A DNA stretch of 63,190 bases, filler included, from Licmophora abbreviata (GCA_900291995.1; 9 parts of 9 records of this genome joined end to end with filler, not necessarily neighbours in it), one strand, 5' to 3'; shown: positions 35,340-48,583, counted from the first letter of the whole stretch. The notes: generated by a model from the sequence alone, not told the origin. A program made the numbers and translations.

Positions 35340-35513
35340 ATGAGCATCGGCGAAGCTGCGAACGTGAGGAGCATGCGACTGTCTGAGATGCCTTTCTGCT
35401 AGAGTGATGGTGGGGGTCTTCTTTGCTGTATTTCCGCAGCCATCGTACATGATCCAAATAGATTTAACTCTTTGCGTCATCCATTCTAGTAGGTAGAATC
35501 CTGTCTTATTCGA

Positions 35514-36335
35514 CTAGTCAATGATCCTATCGAAATTGACTCCAACGACATACGCAAGGGCCCCACCGGCACCAGCAATAATGAGATTTTCCAATGCCGC
35601 AGATGTGCAATTTCCTCGCGTTGCCCACGTTTTGATCATTCCCACAATCATAAGCGCTGCTATGGTGAAACAGGCAGCGACAATCAAGCCTGTCGTTGGG
35701 TCCTTCGTGACAGCAAACGGTATGACCGATGGAAGCGATCCCAGTATGAACAGTGATCCTGACATGACTCCTGCCATGGCTGGAGATCGCTGCTCCTCAT
35801 CGACTACACCGAACTCAAGAACCTTCATGATTTTCAGTAAAGCGCCGGGATTGTGATCATAAAACTTCAAGAGGTCGCGTTTCATCTTCGCTTGGTGGTC
35901 GTCGATTCCAATCATTGTCAGGAGCTGCTCAAGCTCTTCCAACTCATCTTGTCTGTGATCGTGAACATGCCTTTGTTCTAGTGCCAGCTCCCCACTCATG
36001 ACCTCGTTCTGCGACTTCGTTGCTACGAATTCTCCTGCACACATGCTCACGGCTCCCGCAATCGCACCGGCAATGCCGGTCAACAATATGTCCTTCGAAG
36101 AAAGCCCTCCACCGGCGACTCCGACGACCAGTAAGAATGTTGATACAAGTCCGTCATTGCATCCCAAGATTATATCTCTCCAATACTGGCGATGCTTTCC
36201 CAGGTGCTCGTTTGTCCCCGGACCTACGTTACTGTTGTTGTGACTTTGCTTGACAGCGTGCACGCTATCGTAGAATTCGCCGGCGCTGCCCAACCCCATT
36301 GCCTCACCGGAAGAAGCGGCGCCCTCTTCTCTCAT
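35514..36335 (-). CDS. VIT1/CCC1-family Fe/Mn transporter
   Basis: RDIILGCNDGLVSTF, AGAVSMCAGEFVATKSQNE, Glu-rich cytosolic metal-binding region, five TM helices. Confidence 0.9.
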   Translation of the reverse strand: MREEGAASSGEAMGLGSAGEFYDSVHAVKQSHNNSNVGPGTNEHLGKHRQYWRDIILGCNDGLVSTFLLVVGVAGGGLSSKDILLTGIAGAIAGAVSMCAGEFVATKSQNEVMSGELALEQRHVHDHRQDELEELEQLLTMIGIDDHQAKMKRDLLKFYDHNPGALLKIMKVLEFGVVDEEQRSPAMAGVMSGSLFILGSLPSVIPFAVTKDPTTGLIVAACFTIAALMIVGMIKTWATRGNCTSAALENLIIAGAGGALAYVVGVNFDRIID

Positions 36336-36808
36336 AGTGATTTCGCCGTTACCACTGCTCTTCTCCTTCCAGAAAGTTCATAAACTGGATAGCCACATGG
36401 AGTCCAACGAACAATGATTGGTAATGGGCACTGGATTCGACCAAGTCTAAGAGAACAATATTGCCATGAAGCTTCACAGTTTTTCTGTACGACCTCCAGA
36501 TTCGACCTGGTCCTGACAAGCCTCTTCTTCTTTTGAAGTGCCGTCTTTTCACTTATAGTTGTGGAATGAACTCATGGCACTCCGATAAGACGGATAGACT
36601 ACGAGACTAAGCATGGCACGAGGTGCCGGGGTAGTCAGTCGCACAGCGTCGCGGTGAGACCGAGCCTTTTGAAGCTTCAGCCGCCGCGCAGTTCCCGCTT
36701 TTCCCGCGCCCCCTTGGTGAGTGTGGTCGCGAATCTCGAAGTTCATTGTATCACTGCAACCATATCATACTTACTGTACTGGTCGCTCATCCTACAAGAA
36801 CGATCGTG

Positions 36809-38176
36809 ATGGAATCGCTATTGGATGCTGCTGATGCCCTGTTGGCACAGAACCCCGAAGAGCCACCTCGACCGGACTTTGAATTACCGGAGGATGCACC
36901 TCAACCGGAACTACTGCTGGAGTGCAGGGAAACGCCAGGCAGAGGACGAGGGTGGTTTGCCAAAGTCGGTATACCGGCGGGCACTATTCTATTGATCGAT
37001 AAGCCTCTGGCTATGGTCATGGACTGGCAGGATGATGTCGGGGGTGAAGTAGAACGAGACGAAGAGGAAGAGGAAGGCGTTCCCGAGACGCGACTGAACG
37101 AGCTCTTGTTGTTGGAACTCTTGAATCGTATCCTGGAGGACCCATCCCTGTGGACGACGACTCTTTCAAATTTATTCCCGAGAGACGACAAGACTGCGGC
37201 TGAACTGCCTGTTTTGGTGTGTCAAGACGATTCCGTCTTCTGTGAAGTGGAAGCCTTGCTTCAACAGATGGAGGCCACTCACAAGGAACTACCTGTCAGA
37301 CTTATTGCCAGTCGATTGCCTCTCATTATTCGCTACAATGCCCTCTCGATCGAGACATGTCCCGAGCTTCTGATTCATCCTGGACCAGATGGACATGCCG
37401 CCTTGACTGGGACAGGCCTTTTTTACAAACCAGCTTTCTTCAATCACAGCTCGAGGCCCAACGTGTCTAGATACGGCGTCGGCGACATTTGTTGGCTTGT
37501 AGCCAACCAAGACATCCGTGCAGGCGAGGAGGCTTGCATCAGCTATCTGGAACACGATGTGCTATGCGAGAGTCCATCTCGACGCACGCGCATGCTTGAC
37601 TTGGACTTTTACGAGGACGGGGATGGGGACAACGAAGAAATGGTCAGCCAGGTTGAAGATGGACCGGAACTTCCTGTGGTGGATTCGGATGTTCAAAATG
37701 AGCTCATGCAGATTGATCCATTGGAACGACTTACAGCCATTCAAGAACTGTTGGAACAGGCAACTGGTGAGAAGGCTCCCGCTGAAGGTGACGAGATGGA
37801 AGAAGGCGAGCCATCCGCCTGGTTTGAATGCGACGCTCAGAATCTGCGAATCATTCGGGCCATTACGCTGGATGGGCTAGGACAGTCGCGGGAGGCTCTC
37901 GAATCCTGGGAAGCCTGCGTAGTTTTCACGGAGTCTAAGCTTCCACCGAATGATGAAGTGTCAGTCGTGATGAGAGTACAGGCCGCCCTCTGTGCTTGCC
38001 ATGCAGGAGACCTAGATCGCGCAAAGGTTCATGCCACGAAGGCACTGGAAATGCACAACAAACTCTTTGGTGGCGGAGTTTCGACATTTAGGAGGCGCTA
38101 CCAGCGCGAACTGAAGCTAGCTTTGCGTCCTGGGGCCGATTGCGGTTCTGCAGCGAGCGATCTATGGCCCCTCTAG
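36809..38176 (+). CDS. SET-domain (SMYD-like) lysine methyltransferase with C-terminal TPR-like helices
   Basis: GRGRGWFA, FFNHSSRPN, IRAGEEACISY. Confidence 0.85.
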   Translation: MESLLDAADALLAQNPEEPPRPDFELPEDAPQPELLLECRETPGRGRGWFAKVGIPAGTILLIDKPLAMVMDWQDDVGGEVERDEEEEEGVPETRLNELLLLELLNRILEDPSLWTTTLSNLFPRDDKTAAELPVLVCQDDSVFCEVEALLQQMEATHKELPVRLIASRLPLIIRYNALSIETCPELLIHPGPDGHAALTGTGLFYKPAFFNHSSRPNVSRYGVGDICWLVANQDIRAGEEACISYLEHDVLCESPSRRTRMLDLDFYEDGDGDNEEMVSQVEDGPELPVVDSDVQNELMQIDPLERLTAIQELLEQATGEKAPAEGDEMEEGEPSAWFECDAQNLRIIRAITLDGLGQSREALESWEACVVFTESKLPPNDEVSVVMRVQAALCACHAGDLDRAKVHATKALEMHNKLFGGGVSTFRRRYQRELKLALRPGADCGSAASDLWPL

Positions 38177-38382
38177 AGCCAATGATGTGGACATGTACCT
38201 GCTAGACTTCTAAACTGATACCGGTATCATCATTCTCGCAGTCTAATGGAATACTCGACAGCCACATCATTGACCCCCACAATATTGGACGGCGCACGGA
38301 CGCCAACCTGTTGCGCGCGCCCTCGCGCGACACGAGGCAAACACGAAAAACAGCAAACACATCACACTGTCTCTCATGAACC

Positions 38383-40104
38383 ATGGCGGCTATGACGGCG
38401 GCTCCTCCTCCTTATGAGCCTCCCGCGTGGTCGTCAGTGCCTTCTCAGAACGGATGGAAACTCTCAGAAATCAAAGGGGGGGTTGAGGTAGCCTCGTATT
38501 CATTGGACAACAAGAGCTGTATTGTTCTGGGTCGAGCTGCCGACATGGTCGATATTGTCCTGCAGCACGAAAGCTGTTCTCGTCGACATGCTCGCATCGG
38601 TTTTGACAAAGAGAATGGGACACCGTGGCTTAGAGACTTGGGAAGCGCACATGGTACCAAAGTGAATCGAAATCTTTTACCTCCGCAAGCGGTCGGATCC
38701 GTCGAATCAGACTCCAGGAAAACGGGAAGCAGGGGAGTCATCTTGTATGTTGGAGACATTATTCAGTTTGGTGCGTCGACTCGTCTGTACTGCTTGGAGG
38801 GGCCGGTTGAGTACGAGCGAGGAGCAGTGCTTAAGGTAAAGCCTGATTCAAAGAAAACAGCGGTTTCGATGGAACCTATCAGGGAGCAGAAGGCCGCTGC
38901 TCTGGTCATCCCACGTCGGTCGGATCTGGAGGCTGAGTACGAGGATGAAGAGGCACTTCGCGCGTCCAATGGGGCTTCTGCGAAGGAACGCTCGATAGCC
39001 TTAGAAAAGCTCAATCCCATGGATGTGCCGGACAAACACCGAAAGCTGTGGGAGAGATTGCGGGCTCGACAGTACAAGCTGGCAAACATACAGCAGGAAA
39101 GCGAGCGGATACGAGCAAAAGGCGAACTCACAGAGGGACAGCAGAATCAGCTGGCGAAGAACGCTGAACGAGAAATGAAAATGAGCGAAGAAATAGAGGG
39201 AGCAGAAAGAGAGCTACATGGAAAGATCTTCAAAACGTCGACCGAACAGCCGTCGTCAAATCAGCAAAAAAAGGCGACTCGCCTCGATGAGGACGATGTC
39301 GATGACTTCTACGATCGCACCAAGAATGAATCAAGCAGTCATCCCGATGCAGGGGAGGGGGAGACAGAAGAAGATCTTGTGGCGAAGTGGAAGTATCAGT
39401 GTCTGGAGTGGACAAGACTTTCCGCCCCAGCGGACCATGCTCAGACAAAGATGATACAACTGGGGGAACGAATACAATCCAAGGCCGCAGACGACGACGA
39501 TCTATTCTTTCTCCAGAATGAATTAGATCTGGCTCGTGACGAACTTCGACGATCACAGGAGCGCATGAATAGTCTGGAAGTCGATCTGAAAGATACAGAG
39601 CGCCTGCTGCGGGTAGTCAACGGTAGGCTGGTTTTTGACCGGTTCACGGGCTACGTTGGCAATGAGGATACTGTCCGTCCCTATACTCCTTCCAGCAGTA
39701 GGCGAGATCCAAATCAGGAGAAGCCTTCTGGTAAGGCCTCCTCGCCGCCATCCTCATCGGCAGGGGCTCCACCAAAAACGAGCGAGGCCATGCTTCCACC
39801 TCCAAAACGCGCCCGGATTGCTGGACCATCCATGCCGCCTCCTGTTGCTCGTGATCGTATTTCCATGCCGCCTCCGCAGCAGTTGAAACAAAAACCGGGG
39901 CCTCCCGTGGGAACTCTGTCGGTTCTGTCCTCTAGTAGTACGAGGAAACTTCCCGGTAATACTGTATTGGTGGTCGATGAGAAGGGACAGAAACGTAAGA
40001 AAGTACCTTCCTTCAACGCCAAGAAAGACGAGTGGCGAGCACCGGACGGTCAAGATGGAAGTGGGATCACAAAACTTAACGAAAAGTTTGCCGGGCGCTA
40101 CTGA
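38383..40104 (+). CDS. Kanadaptin/SLC4A1AP-like FHA-domain protein
   Basis: PYEPPAWS...IKGG, FHA motifs LGR, HESCSRRHA, DLGSAHGTKVN, FGASTRLY; DDFYDRT; C-terminal WRAPDGQDGSGITKLNEKF. Confidence 0.87.
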   Translation: MAAMTAAPPPYEPPAWSSVPSQNGWKLSEIKGGVEVASYSLDNKSCIVLGRAADMVDIVLQHESCSRRHARIGFDKENGTPWLRDLGSAHGTKVNRNLLPPQAVGSVESDSRKTGSRGVILYVGDIIQFGASTRLYCLEGPVEYERGAVLKVKPDSKKTAVSMEPIREQKAAALVIPRRSDLEAEYEDEEALRASNGASAKERSIALEKLNPMDVPDKHRKLWERLRARQYKLANIQQESERIRAKGELTEGQQNQLAKNAEREMKMSEEIEGAERELHGKIFKTSTEQPSSNQQKKATRLDEDDVDDFYDRTKNESSSHPDAGEGETEEDLVAKWKYQCLEWTRLSAPADHAQTKMIQLGERIQSKAADDDDLFFLQNELDLARDELRRSQERMNSLEVDLKDTERLLRVVNGRLVFDRFTGYVGNEDTVRPYTPSSSRRDPNQEKPSGKASSPPSSSAGAPPKTSEAMLPPPKRARIAGPSMPPPVARDRISMPPPQQLKQKPGPPVGTLSVLSSSSTRKLPGNTVLVVDEKGQKRKKVPSFNAKKDEWRAPDGQDGSGITKLNEKFAGRY

Positions 40105-40191
40105 TTAACAATGGATACGTTATGACACTTTCTTTTGAGCGTTCACTAACTACCAGGTACCGGGACAGTCTCAGAAGAACCTCCTTAAGTT

Positions 40192-42166
<1,975 letters not shown>

Positions 42167-42951
42167 TCACAGAGTAATGATGGGCCGAGTGACGAGTTAC
42201 TAGTAGAGGATGTCAAACTCAATTCCATCAACATTCTGTGGAGCGCAGCACCCGGGAGAAAGGAAAAATGTGTGTGCGGCTGTCGTTACGTCTGGTGCCC
42301 ACGTATTTTCTAAACGCCTGATTCCTTATGATCAGTGCTACTTTCTCCTCAAGACAACGGAATCTCGAGGATCATCGCCGGAGCGTCGGCTGAACCTGTG
42401 GGCTGACAGCCATACATAGGACAGACAAGCAGACGTATATTCATCTATCTACTCGGAGTACTCGGCAATCTCTGCTACTAGAGATCTCAAAATAGAAAAT
42501 AGGACTCGAACCTTGTACCATGGCGGGTTTTTCGCCACAGCTACATCAAGTGTTGACGTTTGCGGCTCCTCTATACAAACAGTTGGTGCCCATGGACAGA
42601 GTAAAAAAGGGTACCCACAAGGGGCTACAAAGATTGGCGTATGGCCCTTATCTTGTCACACCACGGACGTCTCTGGAAAAATGCAAGAGACGTTGATATC
42701 TTAGTGCGACAATAGGCAATGAAAACGGTGATATTAAAATATTAAATAAGTGTAACTTATGCTTATTGGCCGGATAGCCCATCGCGTCGATGCACGATGC
42801 ATACAGAAGCTTTTGTTGAGGTGCATACGCATCGTCGATCCGTCCACTGTCGAAACTACATCTCTCCGGTGCAGGACCATTGCTAGTTTTCCTAGCATTG
42901 TGATATTCGTATGATAGACAGTAGGACCTGCGCAGAGAGAAGAATTAAAAA

Positions 42952-44460
42952 ATGACGCAAACAAGTCCCAGCCCCGCCTTGAAGCCACAGGCGAAGAACC
43001 GAATACCTTCGGGTTTCCGCGTTGCGAGCATTGTCAAGGAATCACATCAAAAGCCCATTTACTCTTTGGTGTGGTCGGCAGACATATTTCACGGGGAGAT
43101 CAAGCCCTCGGACGATCCAGACAAGGGATCTGGTAGCTCAACGGAAACGGAAAACTCGAAGAAACCTGAAGGTTGGGGAGAAGCTGATGCAAACAGTCGT
43201 CGGTTCCGGTACCTGGCAACTTGCGGTGGAAATCAAGTGAGTGTATATGAAGTCGAATTAAGAGATGGAAAGAGGATGCCTGTAAACCGAGATTTTGTGA
43301 TACGACAGGCTTACGTTGACGCCGACGAAGAAGAGGAGTTCTATGCATGTGCTTACGGGGGACGCTGTTTGGGCCAACCGTTTGGATACAAACCGATGCG
43401 TGTGGAGGACGGTTTAACCATCTTGTTGGAAGCTGATACCGAGTCACATGTCAGCATAGAACCCCAGGCTGGTATGAAGCGATCCCGAGACGATGCGATC
43501 CTTGCGGCCTCTTCTCCAGGAAGAAAGCAGCTATTTCAGACCATGACCGAGATGGAGTCGTTCGATGGCCCTCAGCTACTCTGCGCTGCCGGTAGGAGTC
43601 GGACCATCAAGGTCATCGACACGGTCCGAAGGTTACTGTTCTTTACACTATCAGGGCACGAGGACGACATCTATGACCTTAAGTTCAGTCCGACTGACGA
43701 ATGGCTCCTTCTCAGTGCCTCAAAGGATGAAAGTGTTCGTTTGTGGAACGTCAAGAATTCGACCTGTGTGGCAATCTTTGCTGGACATGAGGGTCATCGA
43801 GAATCGGTCTTGACGGTGGCTTGGCATCCCCTGGGAGCTGCGTTTGCGAGCGGTGGTATGGACACGACAGTCAAACTCTGGAATGTGGACACGAACACTG
43901 ATGTTTTCAGGACGATTCAAGAAAGTCAGTCAGTCCGCCCTCGTCTCTGGGACTCGTCCGGCAATTCGGCTCGGGCTCAGCCGTTTCGCACCATTTTCGA
44001 GCAAATACCAATCTTTTCGACCAACAAAGTCCATCTAAACTATGTGGACAGTCTAGAATTTGTTGGCGACATGATTCTCTCGAAATCGATTGACAATGAG
44101 GTAGTATTGTGGAAGCCGGTAGGAGAAAAGTCAGCGCTATCAACCGACGAGAAATCACCACAACACCACAGGCTCCCAAGCGAAGCGACTGTCCTTCGGA
44201 CGTTCAAAATGCAGAGTTGCCAAGCTTGGTTCACTCGATTTCACACGAGTGAAGATGCGACAATGCTTGCTTGCGGCAACGATATCGGTGACGTGCGCGT
44301 GTGGTCTATAGACGCCAAACCGAAGAAAAACAATTTTACGAAATTGACGAACCACAATTGTACGAGGAGTGTAAGGATGGTTGCGTTCAGTCCAGATAGC
44401 GACTGTCTGGTAGCATGCTGCGACGATGCTTCAGTTTGGAAATGGGACGCGGTCTACTAG
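42952..44460 (+). CDS. EED: Polycomb PRC2 WD40 subunit EED/ESC/FIE
   Basis: YVDADEEEEFYACA, LLLSASKDESVRLWN, CVAIFAGHEGHRESVL, VHLNYVD, ILSKSIDNEVVLWKP, WFTRF, LACGN. Confidence 0.9.
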   Translation: MTQTSPSPALKPQAKNRIPSGFRVASIVKESHQKPIYSLVWSADIFHGEIKPSDDPDKGSGSSTETENSKKPEGWGEADANSRRFRYLATCGGNQVSVYEVELRDGKRMPVNRDFVIRQAYVDADEEEEFYACAYGGRCLGQPFGYKPMRVEDGLTILLEADTESHVSIEPQAGMKRSRDDAILAASSPGRKQLFQTMTEMESFDGPQLLCAAGRSRTIKVIDTVRRLLFFTLSGHEDDIYDLKFSPTDEWLLLSASKDESVRLWNVKNSTCVAIFAGHEGHRESVLTVAWHPLGAAFASGGMDTTVKLWNVDTNTDVFRTIQESQSVRPRLWDSSGNSARAQPFRTIFEQIPIFSTNKVHLNYVDSLEFVGDMILSKSIDNEVVLWKPVGEKSALSTDEKSPQHHRLPSEATVLRTFKMQSCQAWFTRFHTSEDATMLACGNDIGDVRVWSIDAKPKKNNFTKLTNHNCTRSVRMVAFSPDSDCLVACCDDASVWKWDAVY

Positions 44461-44498
44461 CAATTATGGATGGAGTGTATGGCGATGCTTCCACGAGC

Positions 44499-45077
44499 CT
44501 AGTCGATGGGTGGGCATGGACTGTTTTCTTCGTCTTCCGCCGTGACACTGCCGGCACCAGTAGACGCCCCTTCCACTGGAGCCTCTGCCTTGTTGGCTCG
44601 ACGACGCTTAGAGGTGGCCCTCACTAGCAACAAAGCAACAACAGCAACGCCCGCAAGACATGCAAAAACGATTCCAGCAGTGGCTCCACCGGAGAGAGTG
44701 CTTTCCGAAGACGAAGGGGAATCTGTACCAAGAGAGTTGACCTCTTCGCACAGGACTCCTCTGAACTGGGATGGGCAGTCACAAACAAAGTCTGTCGCGC
44801 CAGCAACAAAGGCATGCTCGTCCGATGCATGGTCACATTGGCCCCCGTTCTGGCACAACAATGGGCAGGCTTGCTCGCAGACGGTGCCCATGAATCCGCT
44901 TGCACAAGAGCAGAAGCGCGCTTTGCCTAGATCGTTGTTGCATGTGCCTCCATTCAAACAGTCGACGTTCCTGCTGCAAACGGCATGTGCCACCGACAGA
45001 AGTAGGAGAAGAACAAGAGTTCTGAGGAAGAACGTAGCGTTGGGGCGGGTCTTCGAAGGTAAGGCTCGTTTCAACAT
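44499..45077 (-). CDS. Type I membrane protein with two EGF-like domains
   Basis: Signal peptide; CLNGGTC...CSCASGFMGTVCE; CQNGGQC...CDCPSQFRGVLCE; TM helix plus KRRR. Confidence 0.88.
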   Translation of the reverse strand: MLKRALPSKTRPNATFFLRTLVLLLLLSVAHAVCSRNVDCLNGGTCNNDLGKARFCSCASGFMGTVCEQACPLLCQNGGQCDHASDEHAFVAGATDFVCDCPSQFRGVLCEEVNSLGTDSPSSSESTLSGGATAGIVFACLAGVAVVALLLVRATSKRRRANKAEAPVEGASTGAGSVTAEDEENSPCPPID

Positions 45078-45206
45078 TGACTGCAACAACTTCTGTCCTG
45101 CGTAAGCCTTATGTATGCATACTCTGGTAGTGATGATGAAAAATGAGACGACTACAGCAGGTGGTGGTTTTCAGAAGTTCAGGGCACAGGCACATCGATG
45201 AAATGG

Positions 45207-45338
45207 ATGGCCTTTTGGAGTCTATACGCTGGACTCATAAGTAAAAACGAATGGCCTTTTGCAGTAGATATGCTGGTACTCATAACTAAAAATTATGGCC
45301 TTTTGGAGCCTATACGCTGGCACTCTTAAGTACAAAGC
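45207..45338. repeat. Three imperfect tandem 44-bp repeats (ATGGCCTTTTGgAGyctATAcGCTGG.ACTCaTAA...), partial fourth at 45391
   Basis: Units start at 45207, 45251 and 45295; partial ACGGCCTTTTTGAGCCT at 45391; AT-rich divergent intergenic region. Confidence 0.88.
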
Positions 45339-45550
45339 TAGCATAGAATGGTATATAATAAAAAGAATTGAAGGTTTATAAAAACTAATTACGGCCTTTT
45401 TGAGCCTGAGAAATGCCTTCAGTTATCGGAGTTACCGGTACATACCTGGTTGTACGAGTAGGCTCACAATTTCGATCCTAAAACCTACGAACAAGTAGTC
45501 TAGGTCTACCTGTAGTAACCCTGTACCTTGGTACCCAAACCGCTCCAACC

Positions 45551-47086
45551 ATGAAGTTCACACCGAACACTGCTCTACTCTTTGGTGCCATCTTGCACCG
45601 CTTAGTTGCGTCGCACGCTCAACATGAAGATGAGCTGGAGTGCACTCATGGGACGCTGTATATGAGCGACCTCAACGCCGCCAAGCTCTACACGTTCGAT
45701 CTAGACGACGGGCTCTCTTCTCTCCAGGTCGAAAGTACTCTAGACGTCCCTGGAAATCCTGGCCAGGTTCTAGCGGTTACGGGTTCGGGGACAAACATTG
45801 CGTCTATGTTTCGAGGAACGGCTGGCATCTTCTTCACTGATGGCCGCGTCAACTTCATCAAGACAGGCGTGTCGACNNNNNNNNNNNNNNNNNNNNNNNN
45901 NNNNNNNNNNNNNNNNNNNNTTAATTAATTAANNNNNNNNNNNNNNNNNNNNNNNNNNNNNNNNNNNNNNNNNNNNCCCTCCCTCCTCACGAACGCTGGG
46001 TTCGACTGTGAACGCCCAATTCACTTTGTTAATCACGACGGCAAGGTTGCCATCTTCTGCGACGGGTCCGTTGACGCCATGCCCAACCAAATCAACTCGA
46101 CCGTGTGGGTTCTAGACGAAACTCTCATGGGAACCACCGGTAGCGCCATCGTCTTTAACGAAACTCTTCAAGGAAGTCACCATGGAGTTGCCATCCCGGT
46201 GGATGACGATCATGTCTTGTACTCCTTGGCCACGCCTGAGCGTGTCGCCGGACTGGAGTCAAGTTCACTTCCTGATACCTTCCAAGTCGTGGACTACGAC
46301 GGCAACGTGCTCCACTCGCTCGACGACCCAGCCGATCCCAGCAAGTCTTGTTCTGGATTCCATGGCGAGAGTAGTCTTCCCAACACCTTCTCTCTCGCCT
46401 GCAACGACGAGCACGGTGGAATCCTCATCGTAGATTACGAGCCGACGTCTGGTGCGTACACCTCGCGAGCCCTCTCCTATCCCATCGATGAACATCGGAC
46501 CGGGACCTTTGCCGACCACCACGACAGCCCCTACGTCGTCGGAAACTTCGCTGGAGAGAACACCGAGTTCCACCTTATTGCGTTTGATCCCATGCAACAG
46601 ACGTCCATTGAAATGTCGCACATTCTAACCCTGGAGGCGCGCCAGTGCTCCTTTTCCTTTGAAAAGGCGCATGGCGAGGTGCTTCTGGTGTGGCTCCCGT
46701 CGGGCAAACTTCAGGTGTACGAGTTGGAACCGGAATGGACCCTAGTTGACGAACTTCAAGTCATTCCAGGCATGGTCTCTTGTACCGAGGCCTCCATGGT
46801 GGCTGGATACGGCCAGGCTTTCATCGTTGCCGCTGCCGCCCAAAAGCTGTACGCTCTGGACCTTGAGCACGTGCATGAAGCGGGAGGCATCGACATGTAC
46901 GAATCCGATCTCGGGTTCACGCCTAACTCGGCGATCGTTGCTGGCGTCCCGGATGGATTCGAATGCGAAGAAGAGCACGACGACCATACGCACAGTCCCA
47001 CTCCCGACACGTCGTCTGCATTCTCTTCCTTCACCACTTTCAGCGCTACTCTCGCGGTCGCATTTGGAGTGCTGAGCACTGTCTGA
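45551..47086 (+). CDS. Secreted, probably GPI-anchored AztD-like metal (zinc)-binding beta-propeller protein; spans a gap
   Basis: Signal peptide; after the gap, in frame, PSLLTNAGFDCERPIHFVNHDGKVAIFCDG; HHGVAIP; CSGFHGES; EEEHDDHTH; SSA plus hydrophobic tail. Confidence 0.7.
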
Positions 47087-47553
47087 ACGAAGATTCGGAT
47101 GGAAGACCAAACAAATGAGTGAACGCAGGCCTTGGCTGCCCGGCAATAATTGTTATAGGATCGTGAAGTTGAATCACCAACTTAGTCAATAGTTGAGTAT
47201 ATGTAGCAAGCAGGGACCACAGCAGCTAAGCGTCAGGGAAGAACGTGTTGCGGGCTTGATTAGTCAACTTTGTAAGCGAGCATGAGGGTGGACGAAACAT
47301 GCGTATGGAAATGAGGCGTAGTCTACTAGCGTTCGCTGAGGAGGGGTACAGTGATGCTTCCACAGCCCTAAGGTATAATTCGTGCCTCCTTCTAATTGTG
47401 CCACCGCGCACGTCATAGATGTTCTACCAGGTAATCTTGTCAGAGCATCGTGTCCACGTACCGTGCATACAGAGTGATGACTTTCTGAAACGTCGCCAAG
47501 TTCGGACTAAAAAATTTGGTACGCCACCGATCAGCAGTCTTCCGGTAGCAAAC

Positions 47554-48583
47554 TCAGCGCCCAGAGCCGGTTTGATAGTTTCGAGGGTCAAATGCTTGTT
47601 GTTGTTTTTTACTTTCGGGGGCCTTGAAGAAGGGAATGCTGGAAAATGTCGATTGGTCATCCGTGGCCGTGTGGAAGAAATTGGAGTTCGAAAAGCTAGT
47701 GCTCGGGAATGGATCTGTAGCATCCGAGTTAGAAAAGAATGAGCCGAGATTGCTTGCGGTAGGCGAACAACTTTCCTGTGCTGGCGGCGTGGTATCCCGG
47801 GGTGGTGCTGACAAAGGCGTCCCCGGCCCTCGAGCGGGTGTGTCGTTTGAAGGTGGTTTCAACGAGAGACCTTTCCCTGCGTCATGCCCTCCTGCTGTCC
47901 TTTTCGCTATGGAAAAGAAGACAAATCGTCAGGGTTAGCCAGCTACGCTCTTCGGCCAGTCCCCTATCGTTTTCCATTTGCGACAGACGATACTCACCAG
48001 CATGCTTTGGGATGGACACGTGAATCTTTTCTCCCTTCTTGATGCTATAATCTCTGGCCGGACCACTAAAGGCCGGGACAGGATTCTTTTCCAGTTCTTT
48101 TTCCCGCCGCGAGTCCTCTAGTGATGTATTAAAATCAAAGGCATCGTTTCGTTCATTGAATGCCACTCCGATGAACATGTGTCGGCCATTCGCATTCTCT
48201 ATCCGCAAAACAAAATACCGGCTCGAGTCGACGCATCGGTCGACTGCTCCCTCTTTGACCGGGCACACGGCAAAAATCGAACCCTTGCTTCGATCCACTA
48301 ACAATACTGCCGTAAGGTCTCCTCGTTCCACGACTTTGACTGTTCCTTGCCAGACTTTCTCAGTCCAGTCCGCGCCCCGCCATCCAGTCGACGCCGATGG
48401 TCGTGGGGGCAGTTTGAAGACATGAGCATTCTTAATTGTACAACGGACACGTTCAATGATCTCAGCGTCCTGTAGCGATTGCAAAAAGACAGCCGCATCA
48501 CTCGCAGTACCGTGACCATCGTCCATGGCACCGGATGGCGACGTACGACTCGCGGCATTCCCACCACCGGACGATCGTCTCAT
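47554..48583 (-). CDS. NECAP: NECAP (adaptin ear-binding coat-associated protein)
   Basis: HVFKLPPR...GWRGADW, DSSRYFVLRI, FIGVAFNERNDAFDFN, DYSIKKGEKI; intron 47997-47907. Confidence 0.9.

Noticed and set aside
45207..45409. CRISPR-like appearance of the 44-bp repeats
   Set aside because: Units are similar along their whole length with no unique spacers; no cas genes; eukaryotic context.
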